Assembly (NCBI GenBank): GCA_963804955.1 | Contig: CAWDSQ010000007.1 | Location: forward strand, 1 to 64,000 | DNA: 64,000 bases | Reading direction: 5' to 3' | From: an uncultured delta proteobacterium | GTDB lineage: Bacteria; Desulfobacterota; WTBG01; CAIYCZ01; CAIRTM01 | Position numbers and translations under genes: made by a program | The notes under the pieces: model-generated | Told to the model about the DNA's origin: nothing | The model's database searches: none | The model's input: only the letters and a program-made list of their open reading frames with translations | Part shown: piece after piece, positions 1 through 11,900 of the stretch | Position numbering within the stretch: the stretch's first letter is position 1 | How the letters are laid out: each line of letters starts with the position of its first letter

Positions 1-3000
1 TACGCAACTTGAGGCCGCATTCCCCGCAGCACACGCACCCGGCAGGAAGCAGCTACTGTCGGCCACATACCCTTCATCAACGGCGCCATTACAGTTATTA
101 TCGATCCCGTCGCAACTCGCATCCGTCCCAGCCGGCGTGCCCGTCGCACAGCCCGTCTCCACTCCCGCTACGCAACTTGAGGCCGCATTCCCCGCCGCAC
201 ACGCGCCCGGCAGGAAGCAGCTACTGTCGGCCACATACCCTTCATCAACGGCGCCATTGCAGTTATTATCGATCCCGTCGCAACTCGCATCCGTCCCAGC
301 CGGCGTGCCCGTCGCACAGCCCGTCTCCACTCCCGCTACGCAACTTGAGGCCGCATTCCCCGCCGCACACGCGCCCGGCAGGAAGCAGCTACTGTCGGCC
401 ACATACCCTTCATCAACGGCGCCATTGCAGTTATTATCGATCCCGTCGCAACTCGCATCCGTCCCAGCCGGCGTGCCCGTCGCACAGCCCGTCTCCACTC
501 CCGCTACGCAACTTGAGGCCGCATTCCCCGCCGCACACGCGCCCGGCAGGAAGCAGCTACTGTCGGCCACATACTCTTCATCAACGGCGCCGTTGCAGTT
601 ATTATCGATCCCGTCGCAACTCGCATCCGTCCCAGCCGGCGTGCCCGTCGCACAGCCCGTCTCCACTCCCGCTACGCAACTTGAGGCCGCATTCCCCGCC
701 GCACACGCGCCCGGCAGGAAGCAGCTACTGTCGGCCACATACTCTTCATCAACGGCGCCATTGCAGTTATTATCGATCCCGTCGCAACTCGCATCCGTCC
801 CAGCCGGCGTGCCCGTCGCACAGCCCGTCTCCACTCCCGCTACGCAACTTGAGGCCGCATTCCCCGCAGCACACGCACCCGGCAGGAAGCAGCTACTGTC
901 GGCCACATACCCTTCATCAACGGCGCCATTGCAGTTATTATCGATCCCGTCGCAACTCGCATCCGTCCCAGCCGGCGTGCCCGTCGCACAGCCCGTCTCC
1001 ACTCCCGCTACGCAACTTGAGGCCGCATTCCCCGCAGCACACGCGCCCGGCAGGAAGCAGCTACTGTCGGCCACATACTCTTCATCAACGGCGCCATTGC
1101 AGTTATTATCGATCCCGTCGCAACTCGCATCCGTCCCAGCCGGCGTGCCCGTCGCACAGCCCGTCTCCACTCCCGCTACGCAACTTGAGGCCGCATTCCC
1201 CGCCGCACACGCGCCCGGCAGGAAGCAGCTACTGTCGGCCACGTACTCTTCATCAACGGCGCCATTGCAGTTATTATCGATCCCGTCGCAACTCGCATCC
1301 GTCCCAGCCGGCGTGCCCGTCGCACAGCCCGTCTCCACTCCCGCTACGCAACTTGAGGCCGCATTCCCCGCCGCACACGCGCCCGGCAGGAAGCAGCTAC
1401 TGTCGGCCACATACCCTTCATCAACGGCGCCATTGCAGTTATTATCGATCCCGTCGCAACTCGCATCCGTCCCAGCCGGCGTGCCCGTCGCACAGCCCGT
1501 CTCCACTCCCGCTACGCAACTTGAGGCCGCATTCCCCGCCGCACACGCGCCCGGCAGGAAGCAGCTACTGTCGGCCACATACCCTTCATCAACGGCGCCA
1601 TTGCAGTTATTATCGATCCCGTCGCAACTCGCATCCGTCCCAGCCGGCGTGCCCGTCGCACAGCCCGTCTCCACTCCCGCTACGCAACTTGAGGCCACAT
1701 TCCCCGCCGCACACGCGCCCGGCAGGAAGCAGCTACTGTCGGCCACATACCCTTCATCAACGGCGCCATTGCAGTTATTATCGATCCCGTCGCAACTCGC
1801 ATCCGTCCCAGCCGGCGTGCCCGTCGCACAGCCCGTCTCCACTCCCGCTACGCAACTTGAGGCCACATTCCCCGCCGCACACGCGCCCGGCAGGAAGCAG
1901 CTACTGTCGGCCACATACTCTTCATCAACGGCGCCATTGCAGTTATTATCGATCCCGTCGCAACTCGCATCCGTCCCAGCCGGCGTGCCCGTCGCACAGC
2001 CCGTCTCCACTCCCGCTACGCAACTTGAGGCCACATTCCCCGCCGCACACGCGCCCGGCAGGAAGCAGCTACTGTCGGCCACATACCCTTCATCAACGGC
2101 GCCATTGCAGTTATTATCGATCCCGTCGCAACTCGCATCCGTCCCAGCCGGCGTGCCCGTCGCACAGCCCGTCTCCACTCCCGCTACGCAACTTGAGGCC
2201 GCATTCCCCGCCGCACACGCGCCCGGCAGGAAGCAGCTACTGTCGGCCACATACCCTTCATCAACGGCGCCATTGCAGTTATTATCGATCCCGTCGCAAC
2301 TCGCATCCGTCCCAGCCGGCGTGCCCGTCGCACAGCCCGTCTCCACTCCCGCTACGCAACTTGAGGCCGCATTCCCCGCCGCACACGCGCCCGGCAGGAA
2401 GCAGCTACTGTCGGCCACATACCCTTCATCAACGGCGCCATTGCAGTTATTATCGATCCCGTCGCAACTCGCATCCGTCCCAGCCGGCGTGCCCGTCGCA
2501 CAGCCCGTCTCCACTCCCGCTACGCAACTTGAGGCCGCATTCCCCGCAGCACACGCACCCGGCAGGAAGCAGCTACTGTCGGCCACATACCCTTCATCAA
2601 CGGCGCCATTGCAGTTATTATCGATCCCGTCGCAACTCGCATCCGTCCCAGCCGGCGTGCCCGTCGCACAGCCCGTCTCCACTCCCGCTACGCAACTTGA
2701 GGCCGCATTCCCCGCCGCACACGCACCCGGCAGGAAGCAGCTACTGTCGGCCACATACCCTTCATCAACGGCGCCATTGCAGTTATTATCGATCCCGTCG
2801 CAACTCGCATCCGTCCCAGCCGGCGTGCCCGTCGCACAGCCCGTCTCCACTCCCGCTACGCAACTTGAGGCCGCATTCCCCGCAGCACACGCACCCGGCA
2901 GGAAGCAGCTACTGTCGGCCACATACCCTTCATCAACGGCGCCATTGCAGTTATTATCGATCCCGTCGCAACTCGCATCCGTCCCAGCCGGCGTGCCCGT

Positions 3001-6000
3001 CGCACAGCCCGTCTCCACTCCCGCTACGCAACTTGAGGCCGCATTCCCCGCAGCACACGCACCCGGCAGGAAGCAGCTACTGTCGGCCACATACCCTTCA
3101 TCAACGGCGCCATTACAGTTATTATCGATCCCGTCGCAACTCGCATCCGTCCCAGCCGGCGTGCCCGTCGCACAGCCCGTCTCCACTCCCGCTACGCAAC
3201 TTGAGGCCGCATTCCCCGCAGCACACGCACCCGGCAGGAAGCAGCTACTGTCGGCCACATACCCTTCATCAACGGCGCCATTACAGTTATTATCGATCCC
3301 GTCGCAACTCGCATCCGTCCCAGCCGGCGTGCCCGTCGCACAGCCCGTCTCCACTCCCGCTACGCAACTTGAGGCCGCATTCCCCGCAGCACACGCACCC
3401 GGCAGGAAGCAGCTACTGTCGGCCACATACCCTTCATCAACGGCGCCATTGCAGTTATTATCGATCCCGTCGCAACTCGCATCCGTCCCAGCCGGCGTGC
3501 CCGTCGCACAGCCCGTCTCCACTCCCGCTACGCAACTTGAGGCCGCATTCCCCGCAGCACACGCACCCGGCAGGAAGCAGCTACTGTCGGCCACATACCC
3601 TTCATCAACGGCGCCATTGCAGTTATTATCGATCCCGTCGCAACTCGCATCCGTCCCAGCCGGCGTGCCCGTCGCACAGCCCGTCTCCACTCCCGCTACG
3701 CAACTTGAGGCCGCATTCCCCGCCGCACACGCACCCGGCAGGAAGCAGCTACTGTCGGCCACATACCCTTCATCAACGGCGCCATTACAGTTATTATCGA
3801 TCCCGTCGCAACTCGCATCCGTCCCAGCCGGCGTGCCCGTCGCACAGCCCGTCTCCACTCCCGCTACGCAACTTGAGGCCGCATTCCCCGCCGCACACGC
3901 ACCCGGCAGGAAGCAGCTACTGTCGGCCACATACCCTTCATCAACGGCGCCATTACAGTTATTATCGATCCCGTCGCAACTCGCATCCGTCCCAGCCGGC
4001 GTGCCCGTCGCACAGCCCGTCTCCACTCCCGCTACGCAACTTGAGGCCGCATTCCCCGCCGCACACGCACCCGGCAGGAAGCAGCTACTGTCGGCCACAT
4101 ACCCTTCATCAACGGCGCCATTGCAGTTATTATCGATCCCGTCGCAACTCGCATCCGTCCCAGCCGGCGTGCCCGTCGCACAGCCCGTCTCCACTCCCGC
4201 TACGCAACTTGAGGCCGCATTCCCCGCAGCACACGCACCCGGCAGGAAGCAGCTACTGTCGGCCACATACCCTTCATCAACGGCGCCATTACAGTTATTA
4301 TCGATCCCGTCGCAACTCGCATCCGTCCCAGCCGGCGTGCCCGTCGCACAGCCCGTCTCCACTCCCGCTACGCAACTTGAGGCCGCATTCCCCGCCGCAC
4401 ACGCACCCGGCAGGAAGCAGCTACTGTCGGCCACATACCCTTCATCAACGGCGCCATTGCAGTTATTATCGATCCCGTCGCAACTCGCATCCGTCCCAGC
4501 CGGCGTGCCCGTCGCACAGCCCGTCTCCACTCCCGCTACGCAACTTGAGGCCGCATTCCCCGCAGCACACGCGCCCGGCAGGAAGCAGCTACTGTCGGCC
4601 ACATACCCTTCATCAACGGCGCCATTGCAGTTATTATCGATCCCGTCGCAACTCGCATCCGTCCCAGCCGGCGTGCCCGTCGCACAGCCCGTCTCCACTC
4701 CCGCTACGCAACTTGAGGCCGCATTCCCCGCAGCACACGCACCCGGCAGGAAGCAGCTACTGTCGGCCACATACCCTTCATCAACGGCGCCATTACAGTT
4801 ATTATCGATCCCGTCGCAACTCGCATCCGTCCCAGCCGGCGTGCCCGTCGCACAGCCCGTCTCCACTCCCGCTACGCAACTTGAGGCCGCATTCCCCGCA
4901 GCACACGCACCCGGCAGGAAGCAGCTACTGTCGGCCACATACCCTTCATCAACGGCGCCATTGCAGTTATTATCGATCCCGTCGCAACTCGCATCCGTCC
5001 CAGCCGGCGTGCCCGTCGCACAGCCCGTCTCCACTCCCGCTACGCAACTTGAGGCCGCATTCCCCGCCGCACACGCGCCCGGCAGGAAGCAGCTACTGTC
5101 GGCCACATACCCTTCATCAACGGCGCCATTGCAGTTATTATCGATCCCGTCGCAACTCGCATCCGTCCCAGCCGGCGTGCCCGTCGCACAGCCCGTCTCC
5201 ACTCCCGCTACGCAACTTGAGGCCGCATTCCCCGCCGCACACGCGCCCGGCAGGAAGCAGCTACTGTCGGCCACATACCCTTCATCAACGGCGCCATTGC
5301 AGTTATTATCGATCCCGTCGCAACTCGCATCCGTCCCAGCCGGCGTGCCCGTCGCACAGCCCGTCTCCACTCCCGCTACGCAACTTGAGGCCGCATTCCC
5401 CGCCGCACACGCGCCCGGCAGGAAGCAGCTACTGTCGGCCACATACCCTTCATCAACGGCGCCATTGCAGTTATTATCGATCCCGTCGCAACTCGCATCC
5501 GTCCCAGCCGGCGTGCCCGTCGCACAGCCCGTCTCCACTCCCGCTACGCAACTTGAGGCCACATTCCCCGCCGCACACGCGCCCGGCAGGAAGCAGCTAC
5601 TGTCGGCCACATACCCTTCATCAACGGCGCCATTGCAGTTATTATCGATCCCGTCGCAACTCGCATCCGTCCCAGCCGGCGTGCCCGTCGCACAGCCCGT
5701 CTCCACTCCCGCTACGCAACTTGAGGCCACATTCCCCGCCGCACACGCGCCCGGCAGGAAGCAGCTACTGTCGGCCACATACCCTTCATCAACGGCGCCA
5801 TTGCAGTTATTATCGATCCCGTCGCAACTCGCATCCGTCCCAGCCGGCGTGCCCGTCGCACAGCCCGTCTCCACTCCCGCTACGCAACTTGAGGCCGCAT
5901 TCCCCGCCGCACACGCACCCGGCAGGAAGCAGCTACTGTCGGCCACATACCCTTCATCAACGGCGCCATTGCAGTTATTATCGATCCCGTCGCAACTCGC

Positions 6001-8973
6001 ATCCGTCCCAGCCGGCGTGCCCGTCGCACAGCCCGTCTCCACTCCCGCTACGCAACTTGAGGCCGCATTCCCCGCCGCACACGCGCCCGGCAGGAAGCAG
6101 CTACTGTCGGCCACATACCCTTCATCAACGGCGCCATTGCAGTTATTATCGATCCCGTCGCAACTCGCATCCGTCCCAGCCGGCGTGCCCGTCGCACAGC
6201 CCGTCTCCACTCCCGCTACGCAACTTGAGGCCGCATTCCCCGCCGCACACGCGCCCGGCAGGAAGCAGCTACTGTCGGCCACATACCCTTCATCAACGGC
6301 GCCATTGCAGTTATTATCGATCCCGTCGCAACTCGCATCCGTCCCAGCCGGCGTGCCCGTCGCACAGCCCGTCTCCACTCCCGCTACGCAACTTGAGGCC
6401 GCATTCCCCGCCGCACACGCGCCCGGCAGGAAGCAGCTACTGTCGGCCACATACCCTTCATCAACGGCGCCATTGCAGTTATTATCGATCCCGTCGCAAC
6501 TCGCATCCGTCCCAGCCGGCGTGCCCGTCGCACAGCCCGTCTCCACTCCCGCTACGCAACTTGAGGCCGCATTCCCCGCCGCACACGCGCCCGGCAGGAA
6601 GCAGCTACTGTCGGCCACATACCCTTCATCAACGGCGCCATTGCAGTTATTATCGATCCCGTCGCAACTCGCATCCGTCCCAGCCGGCGTGCCCGTCGCA
6701 CAGCCCGTCTCCACTCCCGCTACGCAACTTGAGGCCGCATTCCCCGCCGCACACGCGCCCGGCAGGAAGCAGCTACTGTCGGCCACATACCCTTCATCAA
6801 CGGCGCCATTGCAGTTATTATCGATCCCGTCGCAACTCGCATCCGTCCCAGCCGGCGTGCCCGTCGCACAGCCCGTCTCCACTCCCGCTACGCAACTTGA
6901 GGCCGCATTCCCCGCCGCACACGCGCCCGGCAGGAAGCAGCTACTGTCGGCCACATACCCTTCATCAACGGCGCCATTGCAGTTATTATCGATCCCGTCG
7001 CAACTCGCATCCGTCCCAGCCGGCGTGCCCGTCGCACAGCCCGTCTCCACTCCCGCTACGCAACTTGAGGCCACATTCCCCGCCGCACACGCGCCCGGCA
7101 GGAAGCAGCTACTGTCGGCCACATACCCTTCATCAACGGCGCCATTACAGTTATTATCGATCCCGTCGCAACTCGCATCCGTCCCAGCCGGCGTGCCCGT
7201 CGCACAGCCCGTCTCCACTCCCGCTACGCAACTTGAGGCCGCATTCCCCGCCGCACACGCGCCCGGCAGGAAGCAGCTACTGTCGGCCACATACCCTTCA
7301 TCAACGGCGCCATTGCAGTTATTATCGATCCCGTCGCAACTCGCATCCGTCCCAGCCGGCGTGCCCGTCGCACAGCCCGTCTCCACTCCCGCTACGCAAC
7401 TTGAGGCCGCATTCCCCGCCGCACACGCGCCCGGCAGGAAGCAGCTACTGTCGGCCACATACCCTTCATCAACGGCGCCATTGCAGTTATTATCGATCCC
7501 GTCGCAACTCGCATCCGTCCCAGCCGGCGTGCCCGTCGCACAGCCCGTCTCCACTCCCGCTACGCAACTTGAGGCCGCATTCCCCGCCGCACACGCGCCC
7601 GGCAGGAAGCAGCTACTGTCGGCCACATACCCTTCATCAACGGCGCCATTGCAGTTATTATCGATCCCGTCGCAACTCGCATCCGTCCCAGCCGGCGTGC
7701 CCGTCGCACAGCCCGTCTCCACTCCCGCTACGCAACTTGAGGCCGCATTCCCCGCCGCACACGCGCCCGGCAGGAAGCAGCTACTGTCGGCCACATACCC
7801 TTCATCAACGGCGCCATTGCAGTTATTATCGATCCCGTCGCAACTCGCATCCGTCCCAGCCGGCGTGCCCGTCGCACAGCCCGTCTCCACTCCCGCTACG
7901 CAACTTGAGGCCGCATTCCCCGCCGCACACGCGCCCGGCAGGAAGCAGCTACTGTCGGCCACATACCCTTCATCAACGGCGCCATTGCAGTTATTATCGA
8001 TCCCGTCGCAACTCGCATCCGTCCCAGCCGGCGTGCCCGTCGCACAGCCCGTCTCCACTCCCGCTACGCAACTTGAGGCCGCATTCCCCGCCGCACACGC
8101 GCCCGGCAGGAAGCAGCTACTGTCGGCCACATACCCTTCATCAACGGCGCCATTGCAGTTATTATCGATCCCGTCGCAACTCGCATCCGTCCCAGCCGGC
8201 GTGCCCGTCGCACAGCCCGTCTCCACTCCCGCTACGCAACTTGAGGCCGCATTCCCCGCCGCACACGCGCCCGGCAGGAAGCAGCTACTGTCGGCCACAT
8301 ACCCTTCATCAACGGCGCCATTGCAGTTATTATCGATCCCGTCGCAACTCGCATCCGTCCCAGCCGGCGTGCCCGTCGCACAGCCCGTCTCCACTCCCGC
8401 TACGCAACTTGAGGCCGCATTCCCCGCCGCACACGCGCCCGGCAGGAAGCAGCTACTGTCGGCCACATACCCTTCATCAACGGCGCCATTGCAGTTATTA
8501 TCGATCCCGTCGCAACTCGCATCCGTCCCAGCCGGCGTGCCCGTCGCACAGCCCGTCTCCACTCCCGCTACGCAACTTGAGGCCACATTCCCCGCCGCAC
8601 ACGCGCCCGGCAGGAAGCAGCTACTGTCGGCCACATACCCTTCATCAACGGCGCCATTGCAGTTATTATCGATCCCGTCGCAACTCGCATCCGTCCCAGC
8701 CGGCGTGCCCGTCGCACAGCCCGTCTCCACTCCCGCTACGCAACTTGAGGCCACATTCCCCGCCGCACACGCGCCCGGCAGGAAGCAGCTACTGTCGGCC
8801 ACATACCCTTCATCAACGGCGCCATTGCAGTTATTATCGACCCCGTCGCAACTCGCATCCGTCCCAGCCGGCGTGCCCGTCGCACAGCCCGTCTCCACTC
8901 CCGCTACGCAACTTGAGGCCACATTCCCCGCCGCACACGCGCCCGGCAGGAAGCAGCTACTGTCGGCCACATA
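1..8973 (-). repeat. 168-bp tandem repeat, about 53.4 copies in window (continues off the left edge), encoding YVADSSCFLPGACAAGNAASSCVAGVETGCATGTPAGTDASCDGIDNNCNGAVDEG
   Basis: Exact 168-nt periodicity; the units differ only at a handful of recurring SNP positions. Confidence 0.97.
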
Positions 8974-11900
8974 ATGGTCATCGGCTGTACCTGAGCAGTC
9001 TTCATCTATGCCGTTGCAGTTCTGGTCGGTGCCTGTCGGGCTGCCGGAGGTGCAGGTCTGCGGCACACCGCCAACGCAATTCTGCACTGTAACCTGACAT
9101 ACGCCAACACCACAGGTTGTGCTGCCGAGATTCTCATCAACACCGCCAACGCAGTTATCATCAATGCCATTACATGTTTCAGTCGCACCTGGATTCACAG
9201 CGGCAACTGCATCATTGCAGTCAGAGGTAGCACTTTGCGAAGCCTGATACACAGTAGGCAGGCTTGCCCCTGAACATACCGTCTGAACACCGCCGACGGT
9301 GTATGTATCGCTATCAGCATCAGCGTAGCCGGTCAAATTCTGGTATCTCGAGTTGTCACCATCATTGCAGTCAGTATTGTTTGCCGAGTATCCGGACGGC
9401 AGAGATACACCTGAACAAACCGTCTGCACCGTGCCCGTACCATAACCGTCGAGATCGGCATCTACATACCCGCTCAAATTCTGATAGATGCTGCCGTTGT
9501 TATCGTTACAATCCGTGCTGTTTGCCACATACCCAAGCGGCTGTGAACAGGCTGTTGTGGAATAATTCACATCACCTCTGCCGTCACCGTCGCCATCAAG
9601 GTAATATGTCGTCAACGTGAGACCATCATCAACCACAAGGTCGCAGTCGTCATCGGTACCATTACACAACTCGGTTGCCCCGGGTCGTATAGCGGCATTA
9701 TTGTCATTACAGTCAGTGCCAGCAGACGCAGCCCGATACCCTGTCGGCAGAGTGCCATTCGTGCAAAAAGTCTGAACAGGGCCGATCGTATATGTATCGC
9801 CGTCTATGTCCTGGTAGCCGGTCTGGCTCTGCCAGACGGTATTGTCAGCGTCGTTACAGTCATTGCCATTTGCTGCGGCCCTCCAGCCAGAAGGCCGGGT
9901 GGCACCGGAACACACGTTCTGCGCGGCACCGGTCGTGTATGTATCAAGATCGGCATCACGAAAACTTGACAGGAGCTGATATTTGGTAATGTCAGCATCA
10001 TTGCAGTCTGTGGAGTTGCTTACATAGCCCGGAGGCGCAGCGCAACCAGTGTCGGTATTAGCGGCATCACCATAGCCATCACCATCAGCGTCGCGGTAGT
10101 ACGTATTCTGTGTTCTGTTTTCATCAATCAGACCATCGCAGTCATTATCCAAGCCATCACATCTGCCGGTAGCAACGGTAGTTTCATCAGGCCTCCCCGG
10201 ATTCACAAGATTTCTGGTATCATCGCAGTCAGTTGAGTTGGATACATACCCTGCCGGAGCTCCGGCTACACAGGTGCGCACAGTCACAGCGGCATTGCCG
10301 TAGGTGTCACCATCGGCATCGCGGTAATACACAAAACCCGTACCTTCGTCGATTGCGCCGTCGCAATCGTCATCGATTGTATTGCACACTTCCGCGCGGG
10401 TTGGGTACACCGCATTATTGCTGTCATTGCAGTCTGTGGAATTGGAAACAAAACCTGCCGGCGGTGAGGCTAAACAAGTGTAAAGGGGAATGGCAGCATT
10501 TCCGTAGGTGTCGCCATCGGCATCCTGGTAATAGGTGTATGTTGCAAGCCCTTCGTCAACAGGACCGTCGCAGTCGTCGTCAACACCGTTGCAAATTTCC
10601 GTGGCGCCAGGTTTGATTGCATTATTTGTATCATCACAATCAGAGCTGTTTGCCACATACCCGGCGGGAGCGGCACATGCCTGAATCGTATTGCCCGGGT
10701 CGCCGTAGGCGTCACCGTCAACATCGCGGTAATAGGTGTTCTGGGTCAGACCTTCATCAAAAAGGCCGTCACAGTCATTATCTATACCGTCGCATGCTTC
10801 CGTTCCGGGAGGCGAACCTGTCTGCACACAGGAGACACAGATCAAGGTGGCAGGGTCGCAATAGGGTGTTGCACCGCCGCAGTTGGCATCAACAAGGCAC
10901 ACCACGCAGACCTTGGGCGATACGGTAGTGTCGCAATAGGGCTCCGGCGATACGCAGCCGGAATCATCTATGCACTCGTCGACAACGGTTTCGGTGGGCG
11001 GAACACCGGGATCGCCGCCATTGCCGTCTGTTGGCGTGTCTTCCTGCGGGGCTCCCTGTGCTCCGTTGGAAACAATAATGGCCTGATTATTGATCTGGCC
11101 GGTTACGCCGGCGTTTATCTGAACATGAAAACGCACGACGGATGTATCTCCTATATTCATGAGACCGCCCTGCGCGGCAGTTGCGCCGGTGCCAAGATTA
11201 ACATAGACCGTGCGTGTTGCTGAAGTATAATAGCCCTGGTCGTCTCCAGTTGCGTCCGTCTTAGCGCCTGCATTGGCGCCGCTCACAATCTGCAGAGAAT
11301 TGGGAACATAGGTCACCTGGGTAGGCAGGGGATCACGCAAAACCGTATTGATCGAAGCATCATTACCGCTATTTGTTGAAGTAATCGTATACTCAAGGAT
11401 ATCGCCAGCAACAAGGGAGCCCCCGTTGATATCAACCGCGGTCTTAATCGAACTGCTGTAATCCGGACGATAGGTGGATATTGATGTGGCGAAAAAACCC
11501 AGCCAAAACCAGTCCTGCGAGCTTTGGGCTGAGATGGTCGCCGAGGTCTGTCCCACCGCCAGATAAGATTTAATATCGACAATGTCGAAATCCATATTGC
11601 CCTCACTGCCGGCGGTTCCGGCAAGCTGAGGCAAATCACCCACCACAGTCAGGGGAGACCCCATGGCAGAGCGCGTAGCGTTAAAAAAATTATTGCTTGG
11701 ATTTGACGCATTGCTGAGCAGGTTGCCATTGAAACGGAAGCTGTCACCGGTGATCGACGTATCACCCTCCAGCGCAACAACCGCAAGCTTTGCGTCGAAG
11801 CCGGCATTGGGCACTTCAAAACCGGTGATGGTTGCACTCACCGCTACGTTATTACCCTGGACAAGATCAAGGCCATCAAAAACAGCCAGATTGCGCAGCG

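Noticed and set aside
1..8973. Possible CRISPR array or non-coding satellite
   Set aside because: No unique spacers, unit length is a multiple of 3, it is protein-coding, and no cas genes are present.
9..9092. Plus-strand ORFs of 3027 aa and 2945 aa
   Set aside because: Shadow frames of the 168-bp repeat. The minus frame has an RBS, a signal peptide, recognisable motifs and continuity with unique sequence.
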